From Verrucomicrobiota bacterium (GTDB taxonomy: Bacteria; Verrucomicrobiota; Verrucomicrobiia; Limisphaerales; UBA9464): a stretch of 64,000 bases of DNA. Shown piece after piece: positions 1 through 10,925 of the stretch (its first letter is position 1; the number at the start of each line of letters is the position of its first letter). The position numbers were made by a program, and so were the translations under genes. The stretch spans positions 78,882 through 142,881 of the forward strand of contig CANGKZ010000002.1 of NCBI GenBank assembly GCA_947454705.1, given 5' to 3'. The notes under the pieces were generated by a model. That model was not told where the DNA came from. It ran no database searches and saw only the letters and a program-made list of their open reading frames with translations.

Positions 1-156
1 ATGCAGCTTGATGCGCAGACCCGGCTGCAGGAAGGAGCGGGGCACCCAGGCGGGGGCCAGACGGAGCAGGCCACCGGTGCGGCCGAGCTCGGCTTCCACC
101 AGCTTGGCGGTGTTCTTTTTGACGGTCTTGAGCTTGTTGACGGTGTTGAGACTCAT
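1..156 (-). CDS. hypothetical protein, N-terminal 52 codons only; the gene runs off the left edge
   Basis: Reverse complement of 1..156 reads MSLNTVNKLKTVKKNTAKLVEAELGRTGGLLRLAPAWVPRSFLQPGLRIKLH with the ATG at 156-154. It is below the ORF-track length cutoff. The plus-strand ORFs at 1..354 look like GC-driven noise (Arg/Gly/Ala rich). Confidence 0.35.
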   Translation of the reverse strand, partial: MSLNTVNKLKTVKKNTAKLVEAELGRTGGLLRLAPAWVPRSFLQPGLRIKLH

Positions 157-447
157 GGCGGGATGGAATTCGGTTCGATGCTGCGTGTACAACTGCGACT
201 GCAACTTCAACTACGACTACGACTGGACCGCGGACGGACGGGACAAAAACAAGGCCGGGACGCCCGGGCACTCCCGGGAAAATCGCGGCGTGGAGGAAGA
301 GTAACGGCACGTCGCGTGCGCCTGCCAACGAAAACTCAGGCGGGAAAAGCCTGAAACCTTTCAGCTCCGGGCCGGGTGCTCCCAGTGGAAACCGGATCGG
401 AGATTCCCAACGGAACGCCGATCCATGCACCGTCCGAACGCACCGAC

Positions 448-807
448 ATGAAGATTCCTACTCCATTCCGTCTGCCCCTCGTCGCCGTCATGGCCCTTGG
501 CCTGGGAGCCGCGGGTTGCATCCACACCGAAGAAACCGTCACCCGCGATGAGCCCCGCGTGAAGGTCGAGTTCGAAACCGAAACCGCCGGCCGCGTCTTC
601 TACGAGGCCCTGAGCCGCTCCAATGGCGGCCACTCCCGACGCGAATCGTCGTCCGAAGTCGAGATCCCGCTCGTGTTCGGACACAAGACCCGCACCGTCC
701 GCGGTCCGAACATGGCCTTCAACGAAGCCGTCCAGCGCGCCGACACCAACAAGGACGGCCGCATCTCCGAGATCGAGGCACGTATCTATTCCGATACGGT
801 CAGGTAG
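448..807 (+). CDS. small lipoprotein with an EF-hand-like Ca-binding loop
   Basis: ORF 376..807 trimmed to ATG 448 (MKIPTPFRLPLVAVMALGLGAAGC, signal peptide plus lipobox Cys). The C-terminal DTNKDGRISEIE matches the DxDxDG EF-hand loop pattern. Confidence 0.6.
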   Translation: MKIPTPFRLPLVAVMALGLGAAGCIHTEETVTRDEPRVKVEFETETAGRVFYEALSRSNGGHSRRESSSEVEIPLVFGHKTRTVRGPNMAFNEAVQRADTNKDGRISEIEARIYSDTVR

Positions 808-1087
808 TGCGGTCCCCGGGATTTTTCCGGGATAATTCTTTTCCAGCGGGCGGGCTGTCGGGATGCGGGTGACCAGGAACGAGAGAACCCCCGCTGACGG
901 CGGCCCGCCCGGAGGCTTCTGTCGGAACGCTGAAGATTCGACCGCGGATGGAGAGGATGACCGATCCTAGATACCAGATGCTGGATGCTGGCGGGTCTGC
1001 CTCCGTTCCTCCTGCTGGGTGAAGTCAGAAGCGAAGCCCAACCTCATGAGGTAAGTCGGCGTTGCCGTGCAGCCGTCGTTGAATTCC

Positions 1088-1120
1088 TCTTCAACGCTTC
1101 AACTTTTCAACCCTTCAACT
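1088..1120. repeat. tandem octamer array (CTTCAACN)x4, reverse orientation of the GTTGAAGN arrays
   Basis: tcttcaacgcttcaacttttcaacccttcaac lies just 3' of the minus-strand sigma gene. The same motif recurs at 22729, 39461, 39677, 44872 and 45375. Confidence 0.6.
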
Positions 1121-1142
1121 TCCATTCCCATGTCCCCCCGAT

Positions 1143-2582
1143 TCAAAGGCCCTGGGTGGGCGGAGTGCCTTTTGTTACCTGGCGGTGTTCTCGTTCCCAG
1201 TTGGAAAAATCCTCGTCAGGGGAATGATGGATTTCGACGTGTCCATCCGCGAATGCGTAGGTGCGATTGAATCCATTACCAGATGGGTCTCTGAACAATT
1301 CCCGCTCTCGCAGCACGATTACTCCTGCCGGATCCTTGACCTCGTCCAAGCGGCCTTTGTAGAGGATCTCGAGGTGTCCTGAACTAAAGCCTGGGCCCTC
1401 TGCTACTTGGAATCCTGCTGCGGTGACCTCCTCGAAGGACGCGGGAAAGATCCCATCGTGTTTCTCTAGATATTCATTAAACGCATACATCCAGGCCTTC
1501 AAGTACTGCATCCGTTCAACCCCTTGGCGGGTGTCATACCCCAACGACTCCGATATGGAGGCTGAGACATTCCGGAGGGTCTGCAGTCGGTTGTTCTCCA
1601 GTCGGAGGGAGGCTAGTTCATTTGAGAGGCCACGCATTCGGGCCACTTCGCCGCGCAGGCGGAGTAACTCCGGATCCACCGTAGGCGTCGGCGATGCGAG
1701 AACAGTTGTCGATGCCGCCGCGGCTGCAGATGCGGCCTCGGCGGATTGGATGAGTTGGTTCCGCTCCACGCGGATCGCCGAAAGTTGAAAGTGTTGCCAC
1801 GCGACCATTCCGAGGAGGGCTGCGGTGAGGGCTCCGGTGACGATGGATTGGGTTGAGGCCATGGTGATCAGGGAAGTTCCAGCAGTGGTGGCGGAGAGGG
1901 AAGTGGCGGTCGAGGCCGCGATGGCGTGAACGGCTGCGGCCGAGAGAGCGGATTGGGCAATGGCCGCCGCCTGAAGCTCGGTGGGTGTCGCCTCGATCAC
2001 GCCGGCGGCAATGGCGGCGGAGAGCGTCCCCGGGGTCACCCACGGGTGGGACCGCACCAGGGTTTCGCGCAATCGATCGAGCGCACGACTGACACGCTTT
2101 TGGGCGGCATCGGCGGTGACTCCGAGCGACCGGCCCACCTCGTCCAGGCTGCGGCCCTCAAAGAAGCGGAGCAGAACGGCGTCGCGGTCTGGATCGGACA
2201 GTTGCTGCATGGCGTCGTCGAGTACCGGGCGGAGCTGCCGCCAGTGATCCTCGACCTCGGCAGGCAGATGGGTGGCGTCGGTCATGGCCATTGAATTCTG
2301 TTCCCTGAATCGGCGGCGTCCCTCGCTGCGGTTGTGTTCCGATGCGAGATGGCAGGTGGTGTGATACAGCCAGCCTGCGAGAACCACGTTTGGGGCGAGG
2401 GACGATGCCTTCTGTGCGAGAAGGGTGAAGACCTGCTGGGCGACGTCCTCCGCGGCATCCGGGACGGTCAATCGACGCCGAGCTGCGGAAAGCACCAGTG
2501 GAAGGTGGCGACGGACCGTCTCCGTGAAGGCCTCGGTGGAAGCCCCGGAGCGAAGCGCGTTGAGCAGCTCGGGATCGGTCAT
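1143..2582 (-). CDS. ECF-type sigma-70 factor fused to a TM segment, a coiled coil and a C-terminal extracytoplasmic domain
   Basis: ORF 1143..2648; the likely start is ATG 2582 (MTDPELLNALR). Region 2 (DVAQQVFTLLAQK...WLYHTTCHLA) and region 4 (DRDAVLLRFFEGRSLDEVGRSLGVTADAAQKRVSRALDRLR) are present. They are followed by an Ala/Ser/Thr-rich hydrophobic stretch (VTGALTAALLGMVAW), a heptad-like LRLRGEVARMRGLSNELASLRLENNRLQ, and a C-terminal YAFADGHVE motif. Confidence 0.8.
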   Translation of the reverse strand: MTDPELLNALRSGASTEAFTETVRRHLPLVLSAARRRLTVPDAAEDVAQQVFTLLAQKASSLAPNVVLAGWLYHTTCHLASEHNRSEGRRRFREQNSMAMTDATHLPAEVEDHWRQLRPVLDDAMQQLSDPDRDAVLLRFFEGRSLDEVGRSLGVTADAAQKRVSRALDRLRETLVRSHPWVTPGTLSAAIAAGVIEATPTELQAAAIAQSALSAAAVHAIAASTATSLSATTAGTSLITMASTQSIVTGALTAALLGMVAWQHFQLSAIRVERNQLIQSAEAASAAAAASTTVLASPTPTVDPELLRLRGEVARMRGLSNELASLRLENNRLQTLRNVSASISESLGYDTRQGVERMQYLKAWMYAFNEYLEKHDGIFPASFEEVTAAGFQVAEGPGFSSGHLEILYKGRLDEVKDPAGVIVLRERELFRDPSGNGFNRTYAFADGHVEIHHSPDEDFSNWEREHRQVTKGTPPTQGL

Positions 2583-2776
2583 CAGGAGGTTTATGGCCGC
2601 AGCCCCAAAAAATCCGACACCAAAAAAATTCGCCACATCACACATCACACATCACAGATCGCAGATCACATCTTGGTGGAGGGCGGGGTTCCACCCACGC
2701 CCCATATTCGTGTGCGAACCCTGTGTGAAGTCGCAGCGGATAGAAGGCGAAGAGGAGAAAGGGTGTCGCCGCGTAG

Positions 2777-2980
2777 TTTTCGAGTGCGGTGCCAGAGCGG
2801 AGCGTCGACACCGCTTTCGAAACCGTTCGAGGCGTCGCACCGACCGGTGACTTCTCATCGTCGTAGAAAACATCCCGGAATCCACTCTCCGTCTCCGCGC
2901 CTCTGCGGTTCATTTGCCCTGCTGCGCGGTTGGCTTTGACCAAAGCGGCGTCGCGCTCTGCTTCCCGTCGCACTCCAAAA
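2777..2980. mobile_element. family-1 MITE/BIME-like element, copy A (about 204 bp, about 40-bp imperfect terminal inverted repeats)
   Basis: The left end is TTTCGAGTGCGGTGCCAGAGCGGAGCGTCGACACCGCTTTCGAAACC and the right end is CAAAGCGGCGTCGCGCTCTGCTTCCCGTCGCACTCCAAAA. The reverse complement of the right end aligns with the left end. It lies in the divergent gap between the sigma gene and polX. Confidence 0.6.
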
Positions 2981-3214
2981 TCGGTCGGGTGAACCGGGTT
3001 GCGGTCGGGCAACCCCAATGCCCGTGCGGATGACCTTCCACGCCCGTCGGATCCGTCTCGTTCCCTCGGCGGCTGCGAAGCGGGTGCGGGCACAGCGAGG
3101 GCGGGATTTCTTGGATCCGGTGTTGCGAGGGGGCGGGGGTATGGGTGGAATTCGCGGCGGTTCCGTTGTTTGCCTCACGTTCGCCGTCGGTTCAGCTCCA
3201 GCCATCGTCGTTTC

Positions 3215-4951
3215 ATGGATAAAGATCAGGTTGCCGCCATCCTTTCCGAAATCGGGGTGCTCCTCGAATTGAAGGGCGAGAATCCCTTCAAGACCCGCGC
3301 CTACACCAATGGCGCCCGCGTGCTCGAGGGGCTCACGGTCCCGCTGGAAACCCTCGTGGCGGAGAACCGCCTCGGGGAGCTCAAGGGCTTCGGCGACGCG
3401 CTTCAGGACAAGGTGGCCACGCTGGTGACCACCGGACAGTTGAAGTACTACGACGATCTCAAGGCGTCCGTGCCTCCCGGGCTCATAGAAATGCTCGGGA
3501 TTCAGGGTGTGGGACCCAAGAAGGTGAAGCGCCTGCACGATGAGCTCGGAATTGATACGATCGAAAAGCTGGAGGCCGCGTGCAAGGCGGGCTCGATCGC
3601 CGCACTCGACGGTTTCGGCGAGAAGTCGCAGGCAAAGATCCTGGAGGCCATTGCCTTCAAGCGGCAGTTCGCATCGAGGCATCGGTTGGTCGATGCGCTG
3701 GAGGTGGCTGAGCCCATCCTGGATTCGCTGCGGTCGCATCCCGACGTGATCCGCTGCAGCACGGCGGGGAGCCTGCGCCGTTGGAAGGAAGTGATCGGAG
3801 ACATCGATTTCCTGGTGTCGTCGAAGGATCCCGCGTCGGTCATTGAGTATTTCGTCGCGCAGCCGGGCGTCCGATCGGTGCTCGCGAAGGGCGAGACCAA
3901 GGCCAGCGTGATTCTGGGCGAGGGGATCCAGGCGGATCTGCGCGTGGTGGCGGATTCCGAGTATCCGTTCGCCCTCGCCTACTTCACCGGGAGCAAGGAG
4001 CACAACATCGTCATGCGCCAGCGCGCGATCGCCCGCGGATTGCGTCTAAACGAATACGGACTCTTCCGCAGCACCGAGGAAACCCGGGATCCGGCGCTCC
4101 GCGTGGCGTGCAATGACGAGGCGGACATCTTCCGCGAACTGGACCTGGCCTATGTCCCGCCTGAGTTGCGCGAGGATCAGGGAGAGTTCGAAGCGGGGGA
4201 AAAGGACGCGTTGCCGAGGTTGGTGGAATGGACGGATCTGAAGGGTTCGCTCCACAATCACTCCGACTGGAGCGACGGACGCAACACGCTGTCGGACATT
4301 GCGGATCGGATGGAAGAGTTGGGGTTGCAGTACTGGGCCATCACCGATCATTCACGCGCCAGCTTTCAGGCCAATGGGCTCGACGAGGCGCGGTTGCTCC
4401 GTCAGTTGACCGAAGTGGCGGCGGTGAACCGGAAGCTGGAGGAGCGCGGTTCGGACTTCCGACTGCTCACGGGGTCGGAGGTGGACATCCTCAAGGACGG
4501 TTTGGATTTCTCCGACGAGTTGTTGGCGAAGCTCGATGTGGTGGTGGCGAGTCTTCACGTGCCCTCGGGCGAGGAGGCGGAGAACACACGCCGGCTCATC
4601 GCCGCGGCGGAGAATCCGTACGTCCACATGCTCGGGCATTTGAGCGGACGTCTGCTGTTGGAGCGCGATGCCTACAAGTTGAACCAGCGTGCGGTGATCG
4701 ATGCCTGCGCCGCGACAGGCACCTGGATCGAGCTCAACGCCTCGCCGTATCGATTCGATCTCGACTGGCGGCTGTGGCATTACGCGAAGTCCAAGGGCGT
4801 CCGGTGCGTGATCAATTGTGATGCGCATCGCCTGGACCACGTGCAGTGGCTCCGGCTGGGAACGGGCATTGCCCGCAAGGGCTGGCTTACCAAGGCCGAC
4901 GTGATCAACACGCTCCCGCTCGACAAGCTCCGCGAAGCCCTGCGCCGGTGA
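3215..4951 (+). CDS. polX: DNA polymerase/3'-5' exonuclease PolX (pol-beta-like N-terminus plus PHP domain)
   Basis: ORF 2999..4951 trimmed to ATG 3215 (MDKDQVAAILSEIGVLLELKGENPFKTRAY, helix-hairpin-helix). It carries GSLRRWKEVIGDIDFLV nucleotidyltransferase and HNHSDWSDG PHP motifs; 578 aa. Confidence 0.9.
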   Translation: MDKDQVAAILSEIGVLLELKGENPFKTRAYTNGARVLEGLTVPLETLVAENRLGELKGFGDALQDKVATLVTTGQLKYYDDLKASVPPGLIEMLGIQGVGPKKVKRLHDELGIDTIEKLEAACKAGSIAALDGFGEKSQAKILEAIAFKRQFASRHRLVDALEVAEPILDSLRSHPDVIRCSTAGSLRRWKEVIGDIDFLVSSKDPASVIEYFVAQPGVRSVLAKGETKASVILGEGIQADLRVVADSEYPFALAYFTGSKEHNIVMRQRAIARGLRLNEYGLFRSTEETRDPALRVACNDEADIFRELDLAYVPPELREDQGEFEAGEKDALPRLVEWTDLKGSLHNHSDWSDGRNTLSDIADRMEELGLQYWAITDHSRASFQANGLDEARLLRQLTEVAAVNRKLEERGSDFRLLTGSEVDILKDGLDFSDELLAKLDVVVASLHVPSGEEAENTRRLIAAAENPYVHMLGHLSGRLLLERDAYKLNQRAVIDACAATGTWIELNASPYRFDLDWRLWHYAKSKGVRCVINCDAHRLDHVQWLRLGTGIARKGWLTKADVINTLPLDKLREALRR

Positions 4952-6246
4952 ACGCGTCTGAACTGAAACCCTGGGAGCTGGCCAAGAAGCAGGCCGCGGC
5001 GCGCCCGTTTCCGATCGTGCTCGGGCTGGACCGCGTGCGGGCGATCCTCGACCGCATGAGCCTCCGTCGTGCCCCCGTGGTGATCACGGTGGCCGGGACA
5101 AACGGGAAGGGGTCCACCTGCGCGATGCTGGACTCGATCCTGCGCGCCGCGGGGTACCGCGTGGGACTCTACACGTCGCCGCACCTGATTTCCTTTCACG
5201 AGCGTATCCGGATCGATGGACGGTGCATCACTGAGTCCGCGCTGGAGGCCGCGTTTGACGGCGTGTTGCGACTTCCCGGTGCGGATCAACTGACCGAATT
5301 CGAGCTCGATACCTTGGCTGCGTTCCGCGCGTTTTCGGAGGCGTCGCTCGATGTGTGGGTGTTGGAAATCGGATTGGGGGGACGGTTGGATGCGGTGAAT
5401 GTTTTGGATTCCGACTGCGGGGTGATCACGTCGATCGGTGTGGACCACGTGGAGTTTCTTGGTCCGACGCGGGAACACATCGGATACGAGAAGGCGCACA
5501 TTTATCGCACGGGCCGGCCCGCGGTTTGCAGCGATCCGAATCCGCCCGAAGCCGTGCTGCGCGTTGCGTCGGAGCTCGGTGCGCACTTGAAGGTTCAGGG
5601 GCGGGAATTTCATGGCGTCGCGCGGGATGGCGGATGGAACTATTCCGGCGAGGCCTGGTGGTTCGAGGGATTGCCCCTGCCGGCAATCGGGGGATCGAAG
5701 CAGGTGCAGAATGCCGCCGGTGTGCTCGCGGTGCTGGAATCCTTGCGCGATCGATGCCGGGTGACCGAGGAGGCGATTCGCACCGGACTTCGTTCGGTCC
5801 GTTTGACCGGGCGATTCCAAAAAATCGGAGACCATCCGGAGACCTACGTGGATGTGGCCCACAATCCCGAGGCGGCCGCGGTGCTGGCGGAATCGATCGG
5901 CGCATTGGAGAAACGCGGGCGGATCCACGCGGTGTTCGGAATCCTGCGCGACAAGGATTGCCGCGGAGTGATCGATGCGCTGAAGCCGGTGGTGGATGTG
6001 TGGCACGTGGCCTCGACCCATGGCCCGCGCGGACTCGATGCCTCGGTGCCCGCGGGGATGCTCGCGACCGGGATTCCGACGGAGGTTCACACCTGCGCGA
6101 CGGTTGCCGAGGCGCATCGTGCGGCTCTGGCCCAGGCCTTGGCTGCGGCGACTCTGGATGCCGGTGCCGGGGACCGGGTGATCGCGTTTGGAAGTTTCTC
6201 GGTGGTGTCGGAAGTGCTTCAACTCGCGGGAGTGAATCCATCATGA
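4948..6246 (+). CDS. folC: bifunctional folylpolyglutamate synthase / dihydrofolate synthase
   Basis: GTG 4948 overlaps the polX stop (GTGA). It has the VAGTNGKGST P-loop and YTSPHLISFHERIRIDG, the Mur-ligase-family layout; 432 aa. Confidence 0.9.
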   Translation: MNASELKPWELAKKQAAARPFPIVLGLDRVRAILDRMSLRRAPVVITVAGTNGKGSTCAMLDSILRAAGYRVGLYTSPHLISFHERIRIDGRCITESALEAAFDGVLRLPGADQLTEFELDTLAAFRAFSEASLDVWVLEIGLGGRLDAVNVLDSDCGVITSIGVDHVEFLGPTREHIGYEKAHIYRTGRPAVCSDPNPPEAVLRVASELGAHLKVQGREFHGVARDGGWNYSGEAWWFEGLPLPAIGGSKQVQNAAGVLAVLESLRDRCRVTEEAIRTGLRSVRLTGRFQKIGDHPETYVDVAHNPEAAAVLAESIGALEKRGRIHAVFGILRDKDCRGVIDALKPVVDVWHVASTHGPRGLDASVPAGMLATGIPTEVHTCATVAEAHRAALAQALAAATLDAGAGDRVIAFGSFSVVSEVLQLAGVNPS

Positions 6247-7313
6247 GCCTTCGCCTGTCGCATCAACCGTTTGATCTGCAGCTCCGGAACCGATGGGCCA
6301 TCTCTGGCGCGTCGGCCGCGGTCGGAGGCAAACGCGTGCATCCGGTGGTGTTGGTGCGACTCGAGGATTCGCGCGGCGGGTTCGGCCTCGGCGAGGCGTC
6401 GCCGTCCACGCAGTACCACGAGACGGTTGCGACGGTGTCGCGGTTCCTGTCCCTGGTCGATGCGTCGAAGCTCTCGTTCGAGGATCTGGCCTCGAGCGCT
6501 GCGTATTTGGATTCGATTCGTCCGATGAGTCCGCCGGCGCGTTGCGCGCTGGATCTGGCGCTGTTGGACGGAGCGGCCCGGGCGGCGGGCGTGCCGGTGC
6601 ACCGGTTTCTCGGGCTCGAATTCACCGAGGGGCGCCACCGGACTTCGTTCAGTCTCGGAATTGATACACCGGAAGTGATGGCGCAAAAGGCGGCCGATGC
6701 GGTGGCGGACGGCATGCGCCTGCTGAAGGTGAAGGTCGGGGTGGCGTCGGATCGTGAGAACCTCGCCGCCGTGCTCGGCGCGGCGCCGGAGGCAACGCTC
6801 CGGGTGGATGCCAATGCGGCGTGGACCTCGCGCGAGGAGGCGCTGGACCACATCCGTCATTTGGCCGCGACCGGTCGCGTGGAGTTCGTGGAGCAGCCCA
6901 TGCCGCCCACGCTTCCCGATGCCGACTGGATCTGGCTCAAGGAGCGCTCGCCGCTGCCGGTCCTCGGCGATGAGCTGTACCAAACCTGGGAGGATGCTGC
7001 CCGGTGCGCCCGGTGCGTGCACGGGGTGAACGTGAAGCTGGTGAAGACCGGCGGCATCACAGGCGCTCGGATCGCGCTGGAGTCGGCGCGGGCCCTCGGG
7101 TTGAAGACGATGCTGGGGTGCATGATTGAATCCTCGCTGCTGATCACCGCGGCGGCGCACCTCGCGGACCTCACCGACTACCTCGATCTCGATGGCAATC
7201 TGTTGATCCGCAACGATCCATTCACCGGGGTGAACTGCACGGCGGGGCTGCTGGGGTTTGACGGGGTCTCGCCGTTGACCGGATTGCGTGTCGCGGAACG
7301 GGCCGATCTGTAA
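6243..7313 (+). CDS. dipeptide (L-Ala-D/L-Glu-type) epimerase, enolase superfamily
   Basis: ATG 6243 overlaps the folC stop (ATGA). Motifs present are LKVKVG, RVDANAAW, VEQP, LGDE, VNVKLVKTGGI, LGCMIES and LDLDGN. The 5' part of track ORF 5355..7313 is an out-of-frame overlap with folC and was discarded. Confidence 0.85.
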   Translation: MSLRLSHQPFDLQLRNRWAISGASAAVGGKRVHPVVLVRLEDSRGGFGLGEASPSTQYHETVATVSRFLSLVDASKLSFEDLASSAAYLDSIRPMSPPARCALDLALLDGAARAAGVPVHRFLGLEFTEGRHRTSFSLGIDTPEVMAQKAADAVADGMRLLKVKVGVASDRENLAAVLGAAPEATLRVDANAAWTSREEALDHIRHLAATGRVEFVEQPMPPTLPDADWIWLKERSPLPVLGDELYQTWEDAARCARCVHGVNVKLVKTGGITGARIALESARALGLKTMLGCMIESSLLITAAAHLADLTDYLDLDGNLLIRNDPFTGVNCTAGLLGFDGVSPLTGLRVAERADL

Positions 7314-7398
7314 CGCCGGGTCCGCCGATTCGGGTCGGTGATTTCCCACCTTTCCCCTTGTCGGTCACCGGGGGTTCCGTGCACAAGATTGGGGAAGC

Positions 7399-8037
7399 GT
7401 GAATTCTTTCCTGTTTTGGTCGGCGCTCGCCTTTGCGGCCGCCGTGGTGTGGTCGTCCTTCTTTGAATGGACGCTCCACCGTTTCGTGATGCACAAGCCG
7501 CTGGGATTTTTTGACTATCCGTTCAAAGCCCACGCGCAGATCCATCATCAGATCTTCAAGGCCGACGAGACCTACCACCTCATCGAGGAGAAGGACAAGT
7601 GGACCATCCCGATGGCCTGGTGGAACGGACCGGTTTTGGTACTCCTGTGCCAGTCGCCCTTCATCCTGGCGGCGGTCCTCAGCGGCAAGTGGGCCATCTG
7701 GGCCGGTGCCGCGGTGGCGACGGTCTGCTACTTCGCCACCTACGAGTACCTGCATTGGTGCATGCACCTTCCCCGCAAGCGTGCGGTCGAACGGTCCGGA
7801 ATCTTCTTCCGGCTGAACGGGCACCACATCCTGCATCACCGCTACATGCACAAGAACTTCAACGTGGTGTTTCCGTTTGCCGATTTCTGCATGGGCACGT
7901 TGATCCTCCGTTCGAAGATCGCCTTCGCGCAGCCGAAGGGAACCGCGGTGCCGAATCTCCAGCCGGTGGAGGAGCTTCCGTCCTTCCCGCGTCGCGTGGT
8001 GCGATTCTTCGTGCTCTGCCTGACCGGCGTTCGTTAA
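7399..8037 (+). CDS. fatty-acid hydroxylase / sterol-desaturase superfamily membrane protein
   Basis: GTG start. His boxes HRFVMH, HHQIF, HWCMH and HHILHH are interspersed with hydrophobic helices. Confidence 0.8.
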   Translation: MNSFLFWSALAFAAAVVWSSFFEWTLHRFVMHKPLGFFDYPFKAHAQIHHQIFKADETYHLIEEKDKWTIPMAWWNGPVLVLLCQSPFILAAVLSGKWAIWAGAAVATVCYFATYEYLHWCMHLPRKRAVERSGIFFRLNGHHILHHRYMHKNFNVVFPFADFCMGTLILRSKIAFAQPKGTAVPNLQPVEELPSFPRRVVRFFVLCLTGVR

Positions 8038-8179
8038 CGCTGAGCGCGCGGTCGCGGAATTACCCCAAGTCAGGGGGTGACGGTTTCCCCGTTCCGCGCC
8101 TAGAGTTCCGGGGTCGCCCCTTCAGGTCTGGTATCGTTCGGTTTTCCGAACCGCCCCCCCCGGAGCGGCGACGTTTGAT

Positions 8180-10915
<2,736 letters not shown>

Positions 10916-10925
10916 GGCGCCGCGC

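Noticed and set aside
1-354. Plus-strand ORFs 1..354 and 8..304 at the left edge
   Set aside because: Their composition is noise-like (QLRLQLQLRLRL, runs of R/G). The minus strand gives a plausible N-terminus with an ATG at 156, so the plus ORFs were not called.
4780-6222. Long antisense or alternative-frame ORFs throughout the window (for example 4780..6222-, 6219..7349-, 8195..9244-, 9314..10936-, 10965..12116-, 24476..26467-, 23998..25434-, 30209..31777-, 32057..33745-, 34359..35897-, 35989..37323-, 37593..39413-, 47072..49156+, 13404..14714+, 16110..17234+, 19848..21137-)
   Set aside because: Each fully overlaps a gene with strong motif evidence on the other strand or frame. Their products are dominated by Arg, Gly, Pro and Ala, as expected from GC-rich non-coding frames, and none shows a recognisable motif.
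8135-8152. Hairpin gttcgg-tttt-ccgaac downstream of the hydroxylase gene as a terminator
   Set aside because: It has only a 6-bp stem and no U-tract, and it lies about 100 nt after the stop and about 30 nt before the next start. The evidence is insufficient.
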